Shown: positions 51,101-64,000 of the stretch, piece after piece | How positions within the stretch are numbered: the stretch's first letter is position 1 | How the letters are laid out: each line of letters starts with the position of its first letter | NCBI GenBank assembly: GCA_036172245.1 | Contig: JAYWIR010000020.1 | Location: forward strand, 1,922,001-1,986,000 | Reading direction: 5' to 3' | Origin: Raillietiella orientalis | Lineage: Eukaryota | Length of the DNA: 64,000 bases | Position numbers and translations under genes: made by a program | Notes under the pieces: generated by a model | Database searches by the model: none | Told to the model about the DNA's origin: nothing | Seen by the model: the letters and a program-made list of their open reading frames with translations, nothing else

Positions 51101-54100
51101 ATGAACTTGCATTCCTCCATAAAATCCCTTTGACTTTTACTTTCCTTGTGCGCCAAGTGAAGATCGGAAAACATAAAAGAGGGCCGCACTTTCAAGAGAA
51201 GGACATCCGCTTTACTCGAAGAGTGAAATACGATCGAGAGCAGCATCAAAGAGCAGTTTGGGTCAGGTATGGCAGCTTGCGGATCATGCGGATGAATAAA
51301 AAGTGGCTGGCCAAAACTCGTGCTCCAAATGATCAAATCAGTATTCTTTTTACTCCGTCCGTCCCGATGGCGTTTGATATGTAGGAATGCATCTCTTTGG
51401 TGGCCCCTGGACCAAGTACAAGGTGTTTTGACGATCACAACTTCAAGATGACGCGATGATATAAGCAATAAGCTCCTGGATGAGGGTGGCAATCCGTGCA
51501 CAGAGCTTATCTGGCTGGAAATATGGAACCTGCGTTTGGGCCAACAGGTTAAAACAACAACAACAACAACGCGGAAACGCGAGACGTAAAACCACAGTCC
51601 AATGAGTTTGTTCCGCGATGATGCCAGGTGGACACATTCCACGCTCCCTCAAATTGATAACAGATGCAAACAGATCTCCGAATTCCGTGAATCCTCAGCT
51701 CATGTAGCAAGACCCATCTTTCCCCTTTGCATACAAATCAAAGTATTCGACGAGCTGCTTGGAAAAGGGTGGTCGGTTTTCCCGCTCAATTCGAGACGCA
51801 AAATCCACAACCTTTCAACGAACACCACTGCGCTTCCCGGAGCTTGCAGAATCTCGCCCGAAGAGATTTTCTTCATCAGGTCCCTGCAGTTTCGTTTCGC
51901 AAAATTTGCAGATCAGATTTTTTCGCATCAGTGCGATAATCAGAGATCCTTCAAAGTAGCGCAAAAAAATCCGGCCATAGAGTCAAAGGTCTTGTCAGTC
52001 TTCGGTCAATCAGCAAGTCACATGGCTTCAAAGGAAGTCGCCAGACATCCGTTTCAAATCACGCATACAGTTCGATCATCAGTTCAAAGTAATTTTCATC
52101 AAAGTGCCAACTGATGATGGGTAGAAATCGCGCACGGCTCCCTGTGTGGAGCACTCTCCACGAGGGTGGGCAGCTTCATGCATGGTTATCGCATGCAGTG
52201 CTCCAGATTTCGAGATCAGACATTTTCGGTATCACCAGATGTCGAAAATGCAGGATCCAAAGAGCCCTGGTCATGATTTATGGCACTGTCCATGCCCCAA
52301 TACGAGGAACGAATTGCTCAAGACTTTCCACCAGCAGACGTCTAATCGGTGTAGTCGTAAGCTCTTGCACCGAACACTTGCAAATGTTCGCGTGACTGAG
52401 CACGAGAGGCGACTGAAACAAAAAAAAGGGATTCCTTCCACTTGCACAATCGTGAAGAATTCGACTTTCCATCGCGTCTGACGCACGTTTTCATTCCTAA
52501 TCGTTTCCCTTTCCGCACCACGAGATCCACCTCTCGTGGTGGAACCGGGAACACAATGGAGAGAAAAAAAAAAAAAAAAAAAAAAAGTGGGCACAGCTGG
52601 AAGATGACCAGAGAAGGCGATTCAAACTCTTTCGACCGACCAGTCTGGGTGGAATTCGCCCCACCTTCTCTCCCAGCAATGCAAACAAACATTGGAACTA
52701 CGACCAATGATCCGACTTTCAGAAGAACTTCGCATCCTCGGCAGTTTGCATCTGAGAGACCTACGGTGCTACTGATACCTTCTGTTAATGGTCGTAGCTT
52801 CCCGTGGATAGCAAAATCACCAACATTTTGATCTATGAGCTCAGCAGCCCTTCGCAGAAAGAGCGAGGGCTGCATTTTTTGAATGTATGCACGAGAGCTG
52901 ATGGCTACATCTCAAAGTTATCACATGGTAAACTGCTATGGAATGCACGAACGAAATTATCCACCGCCGCCAAGGGGCTGTTTAGACATCAATTAGAAAT
53001 CGATTCCTAGTGCGTAAAAGACAAAACAACGCAGCGAAACAAGAGAAGAGGGGGGGGGGGGGCTGCAGATCTGACCTTCGTTGAGAGCCTAGCTTAGAGA
53101 GAATTTGAAGTAGTTGTAAAGGGAACTTGAATCCAGGTATTGGACAACGGCTAGCTTTTATAACAGAAGCCTGCGGGTTGGCAACCAGTGCGGGGTTGGG
53201 GTCCTACAAGCACAACATGGAATACCACACGGAGTGAAGAAAATGAAAAGGAATGCCATTTCAACCACAGTGCATCTGCGCCCTCGTCTCCACCGTAGGA
53301 TGATTTAATCATCGTGATGGAAAGTAAAAAAATAAAAACAGAACGAAACATGCAAGCTCTAAAATTTTATTTCTTTAATGTTTGTAATGTGAGGAAAATT
53401 TTCGCCTTGATCATTCAAACCAGTCATTAATGCACAAAAAATGCGACTTGCGATACTGCAACCACCACTATGAAGTTCACTGCCTTTGTGTCTCTAACTG
53501 CTGTTGGTTTCTTTCAGTAACAGGAAAATTCTACTCGGAATTCGTTGTAATTGTCTTATTATGACATGTCAGCTTGAATTTGAGTTTGCTTTCAAATTAG
53601 GAGATTCATCTCAAAAGGGAGGATCGGACACAAGGAGAGAACGAATAAGAGAAACAAAACTGTATGAGTGGTTGTTGTTCTAAACACATACGTCCCCATT
53701 TCATTTTTCCACGTGGTCACCATTTCTTTCCAACCACTTTCGACATCGTGGAACGAGCTTTTTTTTTTCTCTTAGACCCTCTGCATGAGATTCCGCCGCC
53801 TGGGAGTTCAGCACTGCCGTTTTCAACTCCCCACTTTGTCGTTCACCTCACCTCGAATCATTGAGCCACTTCTGGAGGTGCAGAGGAGGAAGACGTGGTA
53901 GCTTTGTACCCCAAAATTGAACATAATTGCACAAAACTCAAAGACACATTCCTACAGAAACAGAAAAGTAGAAACCTCCCTTCACTGGTCTAATACAAAA
54001 TGGTGTTATGCTTTGTTTTGATAGTCCATGCAATTTAATTCAAAGATGCATGTCTTTCTCAGGATTACGCTGACTTAACAAGAGGCAGCTTAGCTGCGGG

Positions 54101-54719
54101 AATCTGTATCTGTAACTTTTTTTTGATTACTTAAATTCTAATGGCCAAATACTTCAGTTTTCATAGCACAGAATTGAAATATCTGCAGCTACCCACGAAA
54201 ATCACTTCCAGAGATGGGCAGACATCTTTGAAATCGTCAAGGATTGGATTTCAATTTGTTTGATAAGGTATACTGCATACCTTCATTTCAACTTTGCAAC
54301 TTGAAAAATATTTGAATTTAAAAAGGTATTAAAAAAAGTTTAGCAAATAAGGCATTGATATTCTTGAAAACAAAGGGCTACATTTTATAAGTGTTTCAAA
54401 CATACTTCTTTCAATAAATTTCTGGTGGTAAAATAAGATTCCACTAAAAGAAAATACAAGCCTTTTGGGGGAAATATATAAGGTACTCCAATAGGGAACA
54501 ACATTCACATTAACTTATCAAGAAAATTCATGCTGGTAGGAAAATCTACACATATAACAAACATTTATGGCAATAAAGAGCTGTCAGGAACTTTTAGCTC
54601 ATCCAAGGCTCAATATATGGTCAATATAGTCAATCAAAACAATATTATGGCAACTATGATGATGTAGCTGTATTTAATGCATTAATTAAAAATTGCAACT
54701 TAAACAACAATATGATGCA

Positions 54720-55982
54720 CTACAGATTTGGGTGATCCCACCAAAAGCTTATAGAAATGCTTGTACTTAAGGATTTGACAAAATGCCACCATTTAGGAGG
54801 AAGATAAAGCATTTCACCCTCATTTAAAATGCATTCCAAAAATGGAGTCCCCTTGAATGAAGGAAATTTGTCATAGTTTGGTGACTCCACATCTACCTGA
54901 CTTGTGTTATTCAAAATACTTCCTTCAAAGGGATACAAATTATTAGTGACTGATGGAGAAAATAATTTTACATATTTTTTCCCTAAAACTTGACATAAAG
55001 TATTGTGTTTAGCATCATAATGCAGTGGTGAAATGGTGCCTTTGGGGCCAAACCATGCATTGATGTCCACCAATGAATTTTCCCCCATCTGAGTATATTC
55101 AGGAATATAAAAATCATTTGCCAATTCCGGAATCTGTTCAAAAAGATTATGCTGTGCAAGATATGCAGTAGGTTTGGATTCACCATCAGATTGAGAAAAA
55201 TGCTCTATAAATTCATTAACTGTCATGAGTTTCTGGTACCAATTTGCATCAGTGTACTTTGCTCCTATTTCCACAGGTATTGTCCGAAAACCAGCTACTT
55301 GTTGCAAATAAGATAAAGTCCACTTCCTATCTTTTAGTGCTGGCCAGTGATCAATAGCGTGCAATATTTTAACAGGCATTCTATCAAAAATACTCAAAAG
55401 AAAGGATTCTATTGAAGGAAGTTCAATCTCCTGAACTGCTTTGTTAGCATCAATAGTGGGAATATGCCAAACGTTATCACAAGACGGTACTGTTCTTACT
55501 TGAGGCCATTCCCCTAATTTTTCAACAAGCAGTGTAGCAAGATCTGATAGTACGTTATTTAATATTGGAGCTCCTAATAAGATACCCATATCGGATATTT
55601 TCAATAAAAATTTGTACAAATCACGGGCTGACCTAATAACTTCACCTCGATCATCTTTTACTGCCAATAATGTTATGCTTTTCTCCTGCAGAGACGAAAC
55701 TATTGACGAAATTTTGAATAAACATCCAAATGCATACAATTTTCTCCAAACAGTTTTAACATCTTTCCAATGACCACTGTTTAGTTTCTCCCAGGAATAA
55801 TTAATTAAAATTTCCGCATCCACATATAACGACTCAGTCATATGAATGTTCATAAACATGTCCTTACAACTTGAAAAAATTTCTGCAATACCTTCTTCAA
55901 CATAATTCAGGTCTAACTGTTCAGCATGAATGTTCCTTGATGTTAAAAGGATAACCACATCCGACACCTGTGGGGAGTTCAT
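54720..55982 (-). CDS. KDM8: JmjC-domain protein JMJD5/KDM8 (2-oxoglutarate/Fe(II) hydroxylase), intronless, 420 aa
   Basis: The N-terminal 'SWEKLNSGHWKDV..WR.LY' and 'DMGILLGAP' motifs are present. The JmjC domain contains 'AYLAQHNLFEQIPEL', 'NAWFGPKGTISPLHYD', and 'GEMLYLPPKWWHFVKSLS.S.S.SFWW', with the HxD..H iron ligands intact. Confidence 0.96.
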   Translation of the reverse strand: MNSPQVSDVVILLTSRNIHAEQLDLNYVEEGIAEIFSSCKDMFMNIHMTESLYVDAEILINYSWEKLNSGHWKDVKTVWRKLYAFGCLFKISSIVSSLQEKSITLLAVKDDRGEVIRSARDLYKFLLKISDMGILLGAPILNNVLSDLATLLVEKLGEWPQVRTVPSCDNVWHIPTIDANKAVQEIELPSIESFLLSIFDRMPVKILHAIDHWPALKDRKWTLSYLQQVAGFRTIPVEIGAKYTDANWYQKLMTVNEFIEHFSQSDGESKPTAYLAQHNLFEQIPELANDFYIPEYTQMGENSLVDINAWFGPKGTISPLHYDAKHNTLCQVLGKKYVKLFSPSVTNNLYPFEGSILNNTSQVDVESPNYDKFPSFKGTPFLECILNEGEMLYLPPKWWHFVKSLSTSISISFWWDHPNL

Positions 55983-58900
55983 GTTCGAAAATGCACACGG
56001 CTACAGCAAAACTAGGAACGAGGAATTCAAACCAAAAATAATGTGAATATCACGCACCATCCTCGGAAAATCTCTACATAATAGGCACTACCTAACAAAA
56101 ATCTGCCAAGTGTAACTCCATGCAGATACATTCCAGATACCACGGCACTTCACGTCATGGAACGTTGCCTCTCGAGGAATCGGCTATCCAAAGTTCTTGG
56201 AACGCACGTGTAGCTATCGTTTAACAAGCGGTTGCCATCAGAAACCACGTATCTGGGAAAACTGGGCCAAACCATAGTTATCAGTATGAAAATAAATTCG
56301 GAGTAAAAAAAAAAAAAAAAAATACTCAACGTATGTATACAACTTTAGCATAGGACTTTTAAAACAGGTACTTCAGCTTGGTAACGTGGACTCTATCGTT
56401 AATAGAGATAATATCCACCATAATACCAACCTCAAATTAAACAGATGGATTTGTAGAAAATATTGGGTTCCGGTAAAAAAATAACATTGGAAATCACATC
56501 AGTTTCGGCATATTGTAAGCTTATGTTGATTCTAGAATGGCCAGTCAACCAAAATGAAACCTAAGAAATATCTTCGCTGAAGTTTAGTAAAACTTCAATC
56601 CTTCTAGGGGGAAAACAATAAAGCAATGCCCTATATAATGAACAAAATTCTAACTGGAGAAAATGATCCATACAGATGCTCGTACATCTAAACTGGATCA
56701 CAGCAAGCCAGAACTAGAGCCTAGACGGCTGCTGAAAACTGCTGCACGGCACCCATCCACTTTTCATCATCCTCTTCACAAACTTCACAAACATCCTGAA
56801 GAATTTGATCCATTATAGGATATATCCATATTCTAATTTAGCTCTCCTTCGGTATTAATGCCCTGAATTCTCGCATGCTCCACATAGTTGAAGGTGGTTT
56901 ATCCTCGAATTACTAGAGTGGAGACTTTTTAGAAGTGGATCAATATAAGGATTTCAATGAACTCGCCTTTGCGTTTCTCAATTGGGATCAAGTTTTTCTG
57001 CGTTCTCCCCACTCCCCTCCTCCCCACCTCAGACCGGCGGACAGCTCCAGAAACGTCCTGAATTCTTTGTGCGGAGTCCTATGTCACCAGCTGCCATGAC
57101 GGCAGCGCTGTGCTGTGCACGCGGTGTCGTCGCTGCAAGGTGCGATGCCGAGAGAGGAAGAGAGGGCAAGGGAGCCATCCATCCTCCTCGCAGCCTGGTT
57201 CCGCCCGGACAGTCATAAAAAGGAGCTTGCTGGCATCCTGCAATGGATGCAGGAGAACCAGCATCACGGACTGCGATTTCTTCCCGTTCCCCTCGCCCCT
57301 TGGAGCGGAAACAGTCCGTTGTGTTTTTATTTCTGTTTCTTTTTCCTTTTCCCTTACCCCGTTCCCCTCTGTGCTGGCTGGGGAACCCCTCAGCACCTCC
57401 CGAGGATTGCTGGACTTGGTGGAACGTCACGTCCTACAGACTTCTGAATGTTTATTCTTCCAATGAGTAAAACGTCCGGAGCAACCAGATGGAAGCTGCT
57501 TCTTTCGGTCGTAATCGCTGACTGAGGAATTCTTTTCACTATTGATTGTCCACACCTTCGTATTTTGTTGTCGTGCTAGACGAACTTCTAAATCCCCCCT
57601 TCCGAATAATACCGAAATCAAATCCGAAGGTATTCAATCTAAATCTATCCTTCGATGCCTCCAATTATTTTTGTTGACAGAATGTAGATGCAGTTTAGGA
57701 CTCATACCTGAGAAAAGATGGGATTGGGGAATATCGTTGTTTGATAAGATATGAAGATCATTCTATCTCACAATTCTTTTATTTTTTCTTTTGAAGTTCC
57801 TGACGGCCATTTTCGCATCCTGAGGATCCTTTGCCTACGTTCAACCAGCTCGATTTCGACTCCTAATTCGATAAAGTCATTTCGAAACAACAGTTTCCAT
57901 TTTGACTGGAACTGAAATAAAAATCTTCACATCCACTTTAAGCATTTGCTTCGTTTCCTAATTTCTTCCGACACGCATCCGTGAGGCAATGTATGAAATA
58001 ATGTATTTGAAGTTGAGTCTGTGCTCGACAGGTCTCCCTACTATCTATAAGCTTCTCGTTACTGCAATTCTACGGGGTTTCCCCTTGTATTCTTACTGAT
58101 TTATCCACGACCTATTGGCATATGCTGCGGTCAAATAGGATCGTTGGGATCCGACTGAACAGAATTTAGAGAATCACTATCTTGGTGAAGTAGGAAAAAA
58201 TTTTTTTTTCTTACCATCTTCATTCTTCTCGTCCATTATTTGGCGATTTATTCTTTGCCTCATTATTTGATAGGAAAGTTAAAAGAATTCACCTGTTGAA
58301 TTTGACGCTTTTTCCCTACTCCTTTCCATATCTTGCGGGAATCTTTCAAAGAGAATGCATATGTTTAGTGCCTTTGATTTAGTTTCCTCCTGGCATTTTT
58401 CTCCCACCATTACGAATAGAAAACTAATCTTATACCGCAGGCACGTAATTAATTTTCCCAAAAGGAAACTCTTTCACATTTAATTCATAATTGTTTTTGA
58501 TTTTGTCACTGACCCTTTTCTGATCAAATACGTTGTCCACCATCACCTGGACATATGAAACCACAACGGCTGCACCAGTCAAGACACGAGCTCCCTGTGC
58601 CCACAGAACAAGCTGGTGTTTCTGTGTTTTCCTCCAAGATTACCAGGTCCACTTTTAAGGGTTTCTTTGAGTAATAACGCTGTTCTTCCGAGCTGAAGTG
58701 GAGATTACGTCACGCGTGTTTTTTTCTGGACTATGTAGGATTTTGCATGTGCTCGCGGGACTTGAAGTAAACATGTTGACTACTACGTGGTTGCGACTGA
58801 TCCTGACTGAATGGAGGAAGATGGCTTTAAGAAAGCCATCTTGGCTGCTCTTGGCTTACCGCACAAACCTAGGATGCTGCCAACACTCACTCTCCACGCC

Positions 58901-60584
58901 CTTTTCGGACAAATAAACATTACGGCGTTTGTGGGAATGGTCACCTTCTTCAGACTGCGTGTTTTTATACAATTCACTTTCAAGTTTATATACCTTGTGT
59001 TTCCAGTTGTTCATCTCACGAACAACTTACAAAAAACTTTGGAAACCTGGCTCAGTGAACCAACGTATCTTGTTCCTCTGTGGATTTTGGTACATGTACA
59101 GACTTCTGATGCGTTATTTACTGTTTGTCGGAAACGCTAGCATCGAACTCCTACGAGACACCCCTACATCCACGTCTACTCCCCAGAACTTTGAAGTTTA
59201 CATTTTTTTTCCTCTTCTTTCTTCGTCACTCCACATTTGAAACCGAGTCTTCCGCGCTTCAGTGTACAGTCTCCAACAACAACAAAAACGAAAACAAAAA
59301 AGAATGCTCAATGTCCATAATACCATCCTTTTTTTTCTTTCCTTTTTTCGATCCATGCATGAAAACCATGATCCAAGCGGTTTTCAATCGATCTTTTGCT
59401 GCACAGCTACCTGGATCACTGCATATCTTGGCTCTCCTTCTAAGACGAACACATGATAGTAATTTCCCGAATATACATCTTTCGATTTATACACAACTCC
59501 GTAGTGCCAAGTGCAATTTTGAAAACTTAGTCCAGCGTCCCGCACTTGAGGTTAACTTTGAAAATGTGCCGTGAACTCGATGAAGCTTTCTGCACCACGG
59601 ACTGTCCCAAACTCTTCTCTGAACTGGCTGACGAAGAAAAGAAGCATGCAATCATACAATAAACACTAATAGTCGTGTAAGTAAGCATGCAGCTTCACGA
59701 AACCCCTGAGCAGTGTGGATTTAAATACGGAGGGGGGGGGGGGAAACGTCTTCGATAGATCGCATGCCACGGCGAAATCCGTGCAGCAAAGTTGACCTCG
59801 ATTTACACTCAATGACCAACAGCCCGCTGTAAGATTCAACCGTGATTAGCAGTAGTGAAATTGGTTCCATCACATCTGGTGATGAGCCAACTCGAGTCAA
59901 ACTGATTTGTGAAATGTATCGAGCAAACAATATTTCATTTTATTTTTTTTCAAAAAAACAACTCTTAAGCAACATTTGGAATGATTTATTAACACAAACT
60001 TACAATATTACCAGGCTTCTCACATTTTTTTCCATATTCCACGAAACCTGTCCATTGAAATTACCGAACAGCAGTGCATTTCATCAGATGAGCCAACTTC
60101 CGACTCGTTTAGTGCTCAAAACATTGGTTCACGCGTGGCAGACCGCACACAAGGCTTTTCCGTGAAAATCTTTACAAATACGACTTCAAGACGGCTGGGA
60201 ACTGGAAACTTGATCATCTATTTCTGCACGCGCAAAGATGAAATGCAACACCATCAAGATTTTCGTGTCCGTAATACAACTGCTGCTGCTGCAACTTAAA
60301 ATCCATAGAGCAAGTTCCGTCACGGATGCCACACACTTCCTGTTACCTGAAAGTCACGTTAAGTTTCATGCCATAATTAAACAAAACTCATTACCTATAA
60401 AAGGAAAAGCCTCCATTCATACGGAACCATGGAATTCAAGTGTTTTTTTCCCTTCCCCCTCTTTGAAACATTGAAATTCACAATACTGACTTGCAGAAAA
60501 CGGTAAGGGTGACATTTCACATTAATTGGTCAATACAATAAACAGGCACAACCGATTCCAATGAAAACCCTTTCAAGTACATCC

Positions 60585-60917
60585 TTAATCGTTCAAGCAT
60601 TTTGTGCACAGGTCTTCCACATATGCTTCGCGATAACCTCGGCTAAGTTCAGATAACAGGGAGGACACTGATTCGTAAACTGGTCCATCCGCAAGCTCAG
60701 GGCAGTTGTGGTCGCTGCACGAGACAATGCGATAACCCAGAGGGGACAACTCTACAGTGAACCGCTGGTTTTCGAGAGTGGTGAGGTTCAAAAACACGTT
60801 GAATGACGTGGCCGGTATGGCCGATGAGATTTCAATCACTCTGACAAACTTGCTCACATCTTCGATGGCTCTTCTGGCTTCGCGTATCCAATCTTCGGGT
60901 GAAGTTAGGCTTGACAT
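60585..60917 (-). CDS. GSKIP: GSK3-beta interaction protein (DUF727), 110 aa from ATG 60917
   Basis: EARRAIEDVSKFV..ISS....VFLNLTTLENQRFTVELSPLGYRIVS....VYESVSSLLSELSRGYREAY matches the GSKIP pattern (EA..V.DV..V..YINV.T.E...C.EL...G..V...ET.YSLL..LSP.YREAF). The track's extension to 61073 starts at a non-ATG codon. Confidence 0.88.
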   Translation of the reverse strand: MSSLTSPEDWIREARRAIEDVSKFVRVIEISSAIPATSFNVFLNLTTLENQRFTVELSPLGYRIVSCSDHNCPELADGPVYESVSSLLSELSRGYREAYVEDLCTKCLND

Positions 60918-61369
60918 CTCATGTCTTTTCGAGGGATCCCAATCAATAAATTGCCTTAAAATTACACAAAATATTAGAAAAGCATAAGGATAATTAGACT
61001 GATGGACTTTCATACATTCGAAAATATTACATGCTAATAAGATTTCGCACAAGTACGAACTTTCGAAAATCAATCAATCCAAGTTATGGAAAAATCTAAA
61101 GACAAAATCTAACCTTAACTGTATGAAAAGGACTGCATCGCTACGAGTCTTTCGGTTAATTGAATGAAAGAAATTCATAAACTTACTAGAAGACTGACAT
61201 GAGACAAGCACAAACTAATAATAATAATTAAAAAAAAAACTGCTCCTTATCAAGTTTAACAACAAATTGCACATCCATAGATGAGAATCGGTAATGTTTA
61301 TGCCTATGAAATCACACGAAACCTTTACTGAACAGAGCAAATGGTGATGCCATTTAAAGGAGCACACAT

Positions 61370-61951
61370 TTAAAACATAAAAATAAAAGAAATCATTGCA
61401 AATTTCGCAATTCTAGTTTTTTTTTTCTTTCTTTCTCCAATTACATGCCGTAAACTATTAACATGGAAGGCTTTTCGAGCATAGCTCCATGTGCTGTTAC
61501 AATTCATCATGCTTTTGCGAAGCAATCGAGTATGCAGTAAGTAATCACTGACCACGTTCTAACCTTTGATAAACATGGGTCGCTCCTGAAAGATCAAAAG
61601 CAAAAATGACGCTGGTTCGACACTCAAGACTGATCCTGAAATCGATATGGCAACCACAAAATGGCATTCCGTACTTATCACAACCTCCCTTAACATTCCA
61701 ACAGATATTCTACATGTACTGTGATCCCCTCACGGGGGCCCACATACCCAAGGTACACATATTCAGAGAACCTTGATAGGCAGTAACACAGTGCAAAGTT
61801 TCTTATCCACGGATAAAGACACACCATTACTACTGAGTTTTGAAAATTGTGCAGCACTTTCACGCAGAAAGCCTCATGCTTGGATAAGCTTTTCCTGAGA
61901 CACTTCAACCTGTTCCAGCTTTCGTACTTTCTGCATCCAAACTCTCAAGAA
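61370..61951 (-). pseudogene. Decayed coding-like frame of unknown identity (194 codons, 4 internal stops)
   Basis: After a ttcag acceptor the frame reads FLRVWMQKVRKLEQVEVSQEKLIQA*GFLRESAAQF.. and continues in frame into ORF 61370..61555. It has few stops for AT-rich DNA. No family recognised. Confidence 0.25.
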
Positions 61952-64000
61952 CTGAACAAAAATAAAAAATCTGCTTCATGTGCAATATATTAATTGACAG
62001 TACAAATTGACATGGTACAACTTTAGTCAATCAATTCCAAAGAACAGCCGCGAACACAGGTTGTTCTTGTTCGATATTGCTCAGGTTACAAAGCAGCAAA
62101 AATGTAGTACAGAGCACAATTAGTAATCCCCAAAATTCTCAGTGTACGGTAATGAATGTCTCCAAATTAAAATGCAGGTACAAGATGCAACAACAGCACA
62201 GTTGTTATTCTTAAGGAAAAACTTTTCAATATACACGTTTACTGATGTAAAACATGAATACAATACATAAACCCCATACGAAGGGCGAGACGACCATTTA
62301 GCAAGTGAGCACTTTCCTGTATTCAAAAAATTTCGATGGAAGCTTGAAAAACACTTAAACACTAATTTCACTTCATTCGAGCATGAACGCTGCAAATTAA
62401 AAATAAATATTCGATGTACCTATTTGAGACGTACCTATTTACCTTCTGGAATAGCATTTATCCAACTAAAACCCAGTAAGTGTCGATAACCTACCCTAGG
62501 AAATTTATACTCATCACAAAAAAAAAAAAAAAGGAAAAAAAAAAAAAAAAAAAGAGGAGCGCCCTCAAGCCGTTCTTCGGTACGTAGGTCATAATGGTAA
62601 TTATGGAACGTGCAATTTTGAAAACGTACTCCTCGTCAAAACTGAAACTCAGCGTACAAAACTTAATCCAAACTGAAACTACTTTAATCAGTTTTTGTCC
62701 TTACGATGTGCAATTTACATTACTATAAGCTGTTGAATAAGCACGTAACCCAATAGGAATGGTATGGGGAAGTTATTCATATCTATCTATATATTTTTAA
62801 TGAAACTGTTAATAATTCACACTGTGAAGATTGAGAGTAATTTGTCAATCAAACAACTACAATCATCAAATAGAAACATATATCAACGCTGCACCTCATA
62901 TAGAACCAGCTTAATAGACACAAAGCCCTTCAGTTTGTCCTACAACAGCCGACATCATTAAAGTATTTGGAAGGGGGGGGGGGGGAGGATGAGCATCTAC
63001 TACCTAAGCAATTTCATTTATAACAAGAAACGATCCGAATGTAAACTACTAATTATGCTCTACGCTTTCAAATAAGTACACCGCAAATTATATGCATTTT
63101 CTTTTTCCTGGGAAACACTGGGGACAAGAGTGCGCTTCCGGATGCACATGGCAGATGACGAGAGGCAGAGCCCAGCACTGCTCCAACATTTACTTGGATC
63201 CACGGAAGATCATTGCGAAAACACAGAGCACGATGCGGAAAAAGGGACTTTCTTTCTATGTTGAAATACACAGCCTTGAAACCACTGCATGCCGTCTAAA
63301 AGTATGGACAAACAGATTCGATGCACGGGAAAATTCGCACATTACGTGGGAGTCAAAGAGGGAATCCAAATATTATTTCAAACGAGAAATGCAGACCAAA
63401 AAAAAGAAAAGAGAAAAACCAAAATCAGATTTCAAAATAAACCACAGTTATAAATTATCAAGGGAAATGGTTTTCCTCCCAATTGCGTTTTAGAATTTTG
63501 TCACAAATTATCAGGCTTCATTTCATTCCAATGTGCTGAATTTTGACACCCCATCTGACTACTGTAAATATCACATACTAGGGATGTGAAAAATACAACC
63601 AAAAATAGGTACACAAACTTGATCATGGAATTATTCAGTATTTACTTGAATTCAGAGTACACAATTTAATGATCCGCCTATTTGATTGCGCGAAAACAAG
63701 AGGATTCTGGTACCAACTAAGCTATGTGTTTGGGTTGGCACGAGGAAACAGTCACAACTTTCAAGTGAGTTTACTATGAGTGATTGCGCGTTTGCTGGGT
63801 CAAAATTCTCGCTTTCACATCTGTCGAAAACATAAAATGTTTTACACTTAGAGCACTGGACAAACAACTTAAGAAATTCGAAACATCATTAACATGGCAT
63901 ATATCAATCAATGAATCTGCAAGATAGAAATACCTAGGATCACATCTTGTATATCTCTACTAAATTATCAAATATAAAGTAAATGCACAATCTTACCTTA

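Noticed and set aside
60918..61073. 52-aa N-terminal extension of GSKIP in the ORF track
   Set aside because: It has a non-ATG start and no family similarity; homology begins after ATG 60917.
1..64000. CRISPR arrays, rRNA, operons or prokaryotic defence systems
   Set aside because: The DNA is eukaryotic with spliced genes; no regularly spaced repeat-spacer array or rRNA motif was seen.

Overview
Eukaryotic, most likely invertebrate, nuclear DNA with a strongly mosaic composition: AT-rich housekeeping segments around 14.5-18.8 kb and 53-57 kb, and a GC/CpG-rich block at about 26-48 kb. Four genes are supported. (1) RPL21 (+, 16698-17315) has three very short GT-AG introns of 46, 44 and 42 nt. 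(2) A 7-exon, 713-aa gene (+, 34796-43981), assembled by hand from splice signals, encodes three paxillin-like LD motifs, no LIM domains, and a Cys-rich C-terminus ending in a CaaX box. (3) KDM8/JMJD5 is intronless (-, 54720-55982). (4) GSKIP has a single coding exon (-, 60585-60917). Much of the rest is transposon-derived: a decayed Tigger/pogo transposase, Tigger-type MITEs, probable piggyBac and CR1-like relics, several decayed L1/Tx1-like LINE 3' fragments, and four copies of a long tRNA-headed SINE, one with a poly-A tail and an 11-bp target-site duplication. Notable structure includes an inverted copy of exon 5 just downstream of the LD/CaaX gene, a ~900-bp apparently identical tract repeated 20,130 bp apart around the GC block, an AT-rich minisatellite with a hairpin at the block edge, and unidentified decayed ORFs. 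Most long ORFs in the GC block are compositional artefacts. All alignments were done by eye; no database searches were run.
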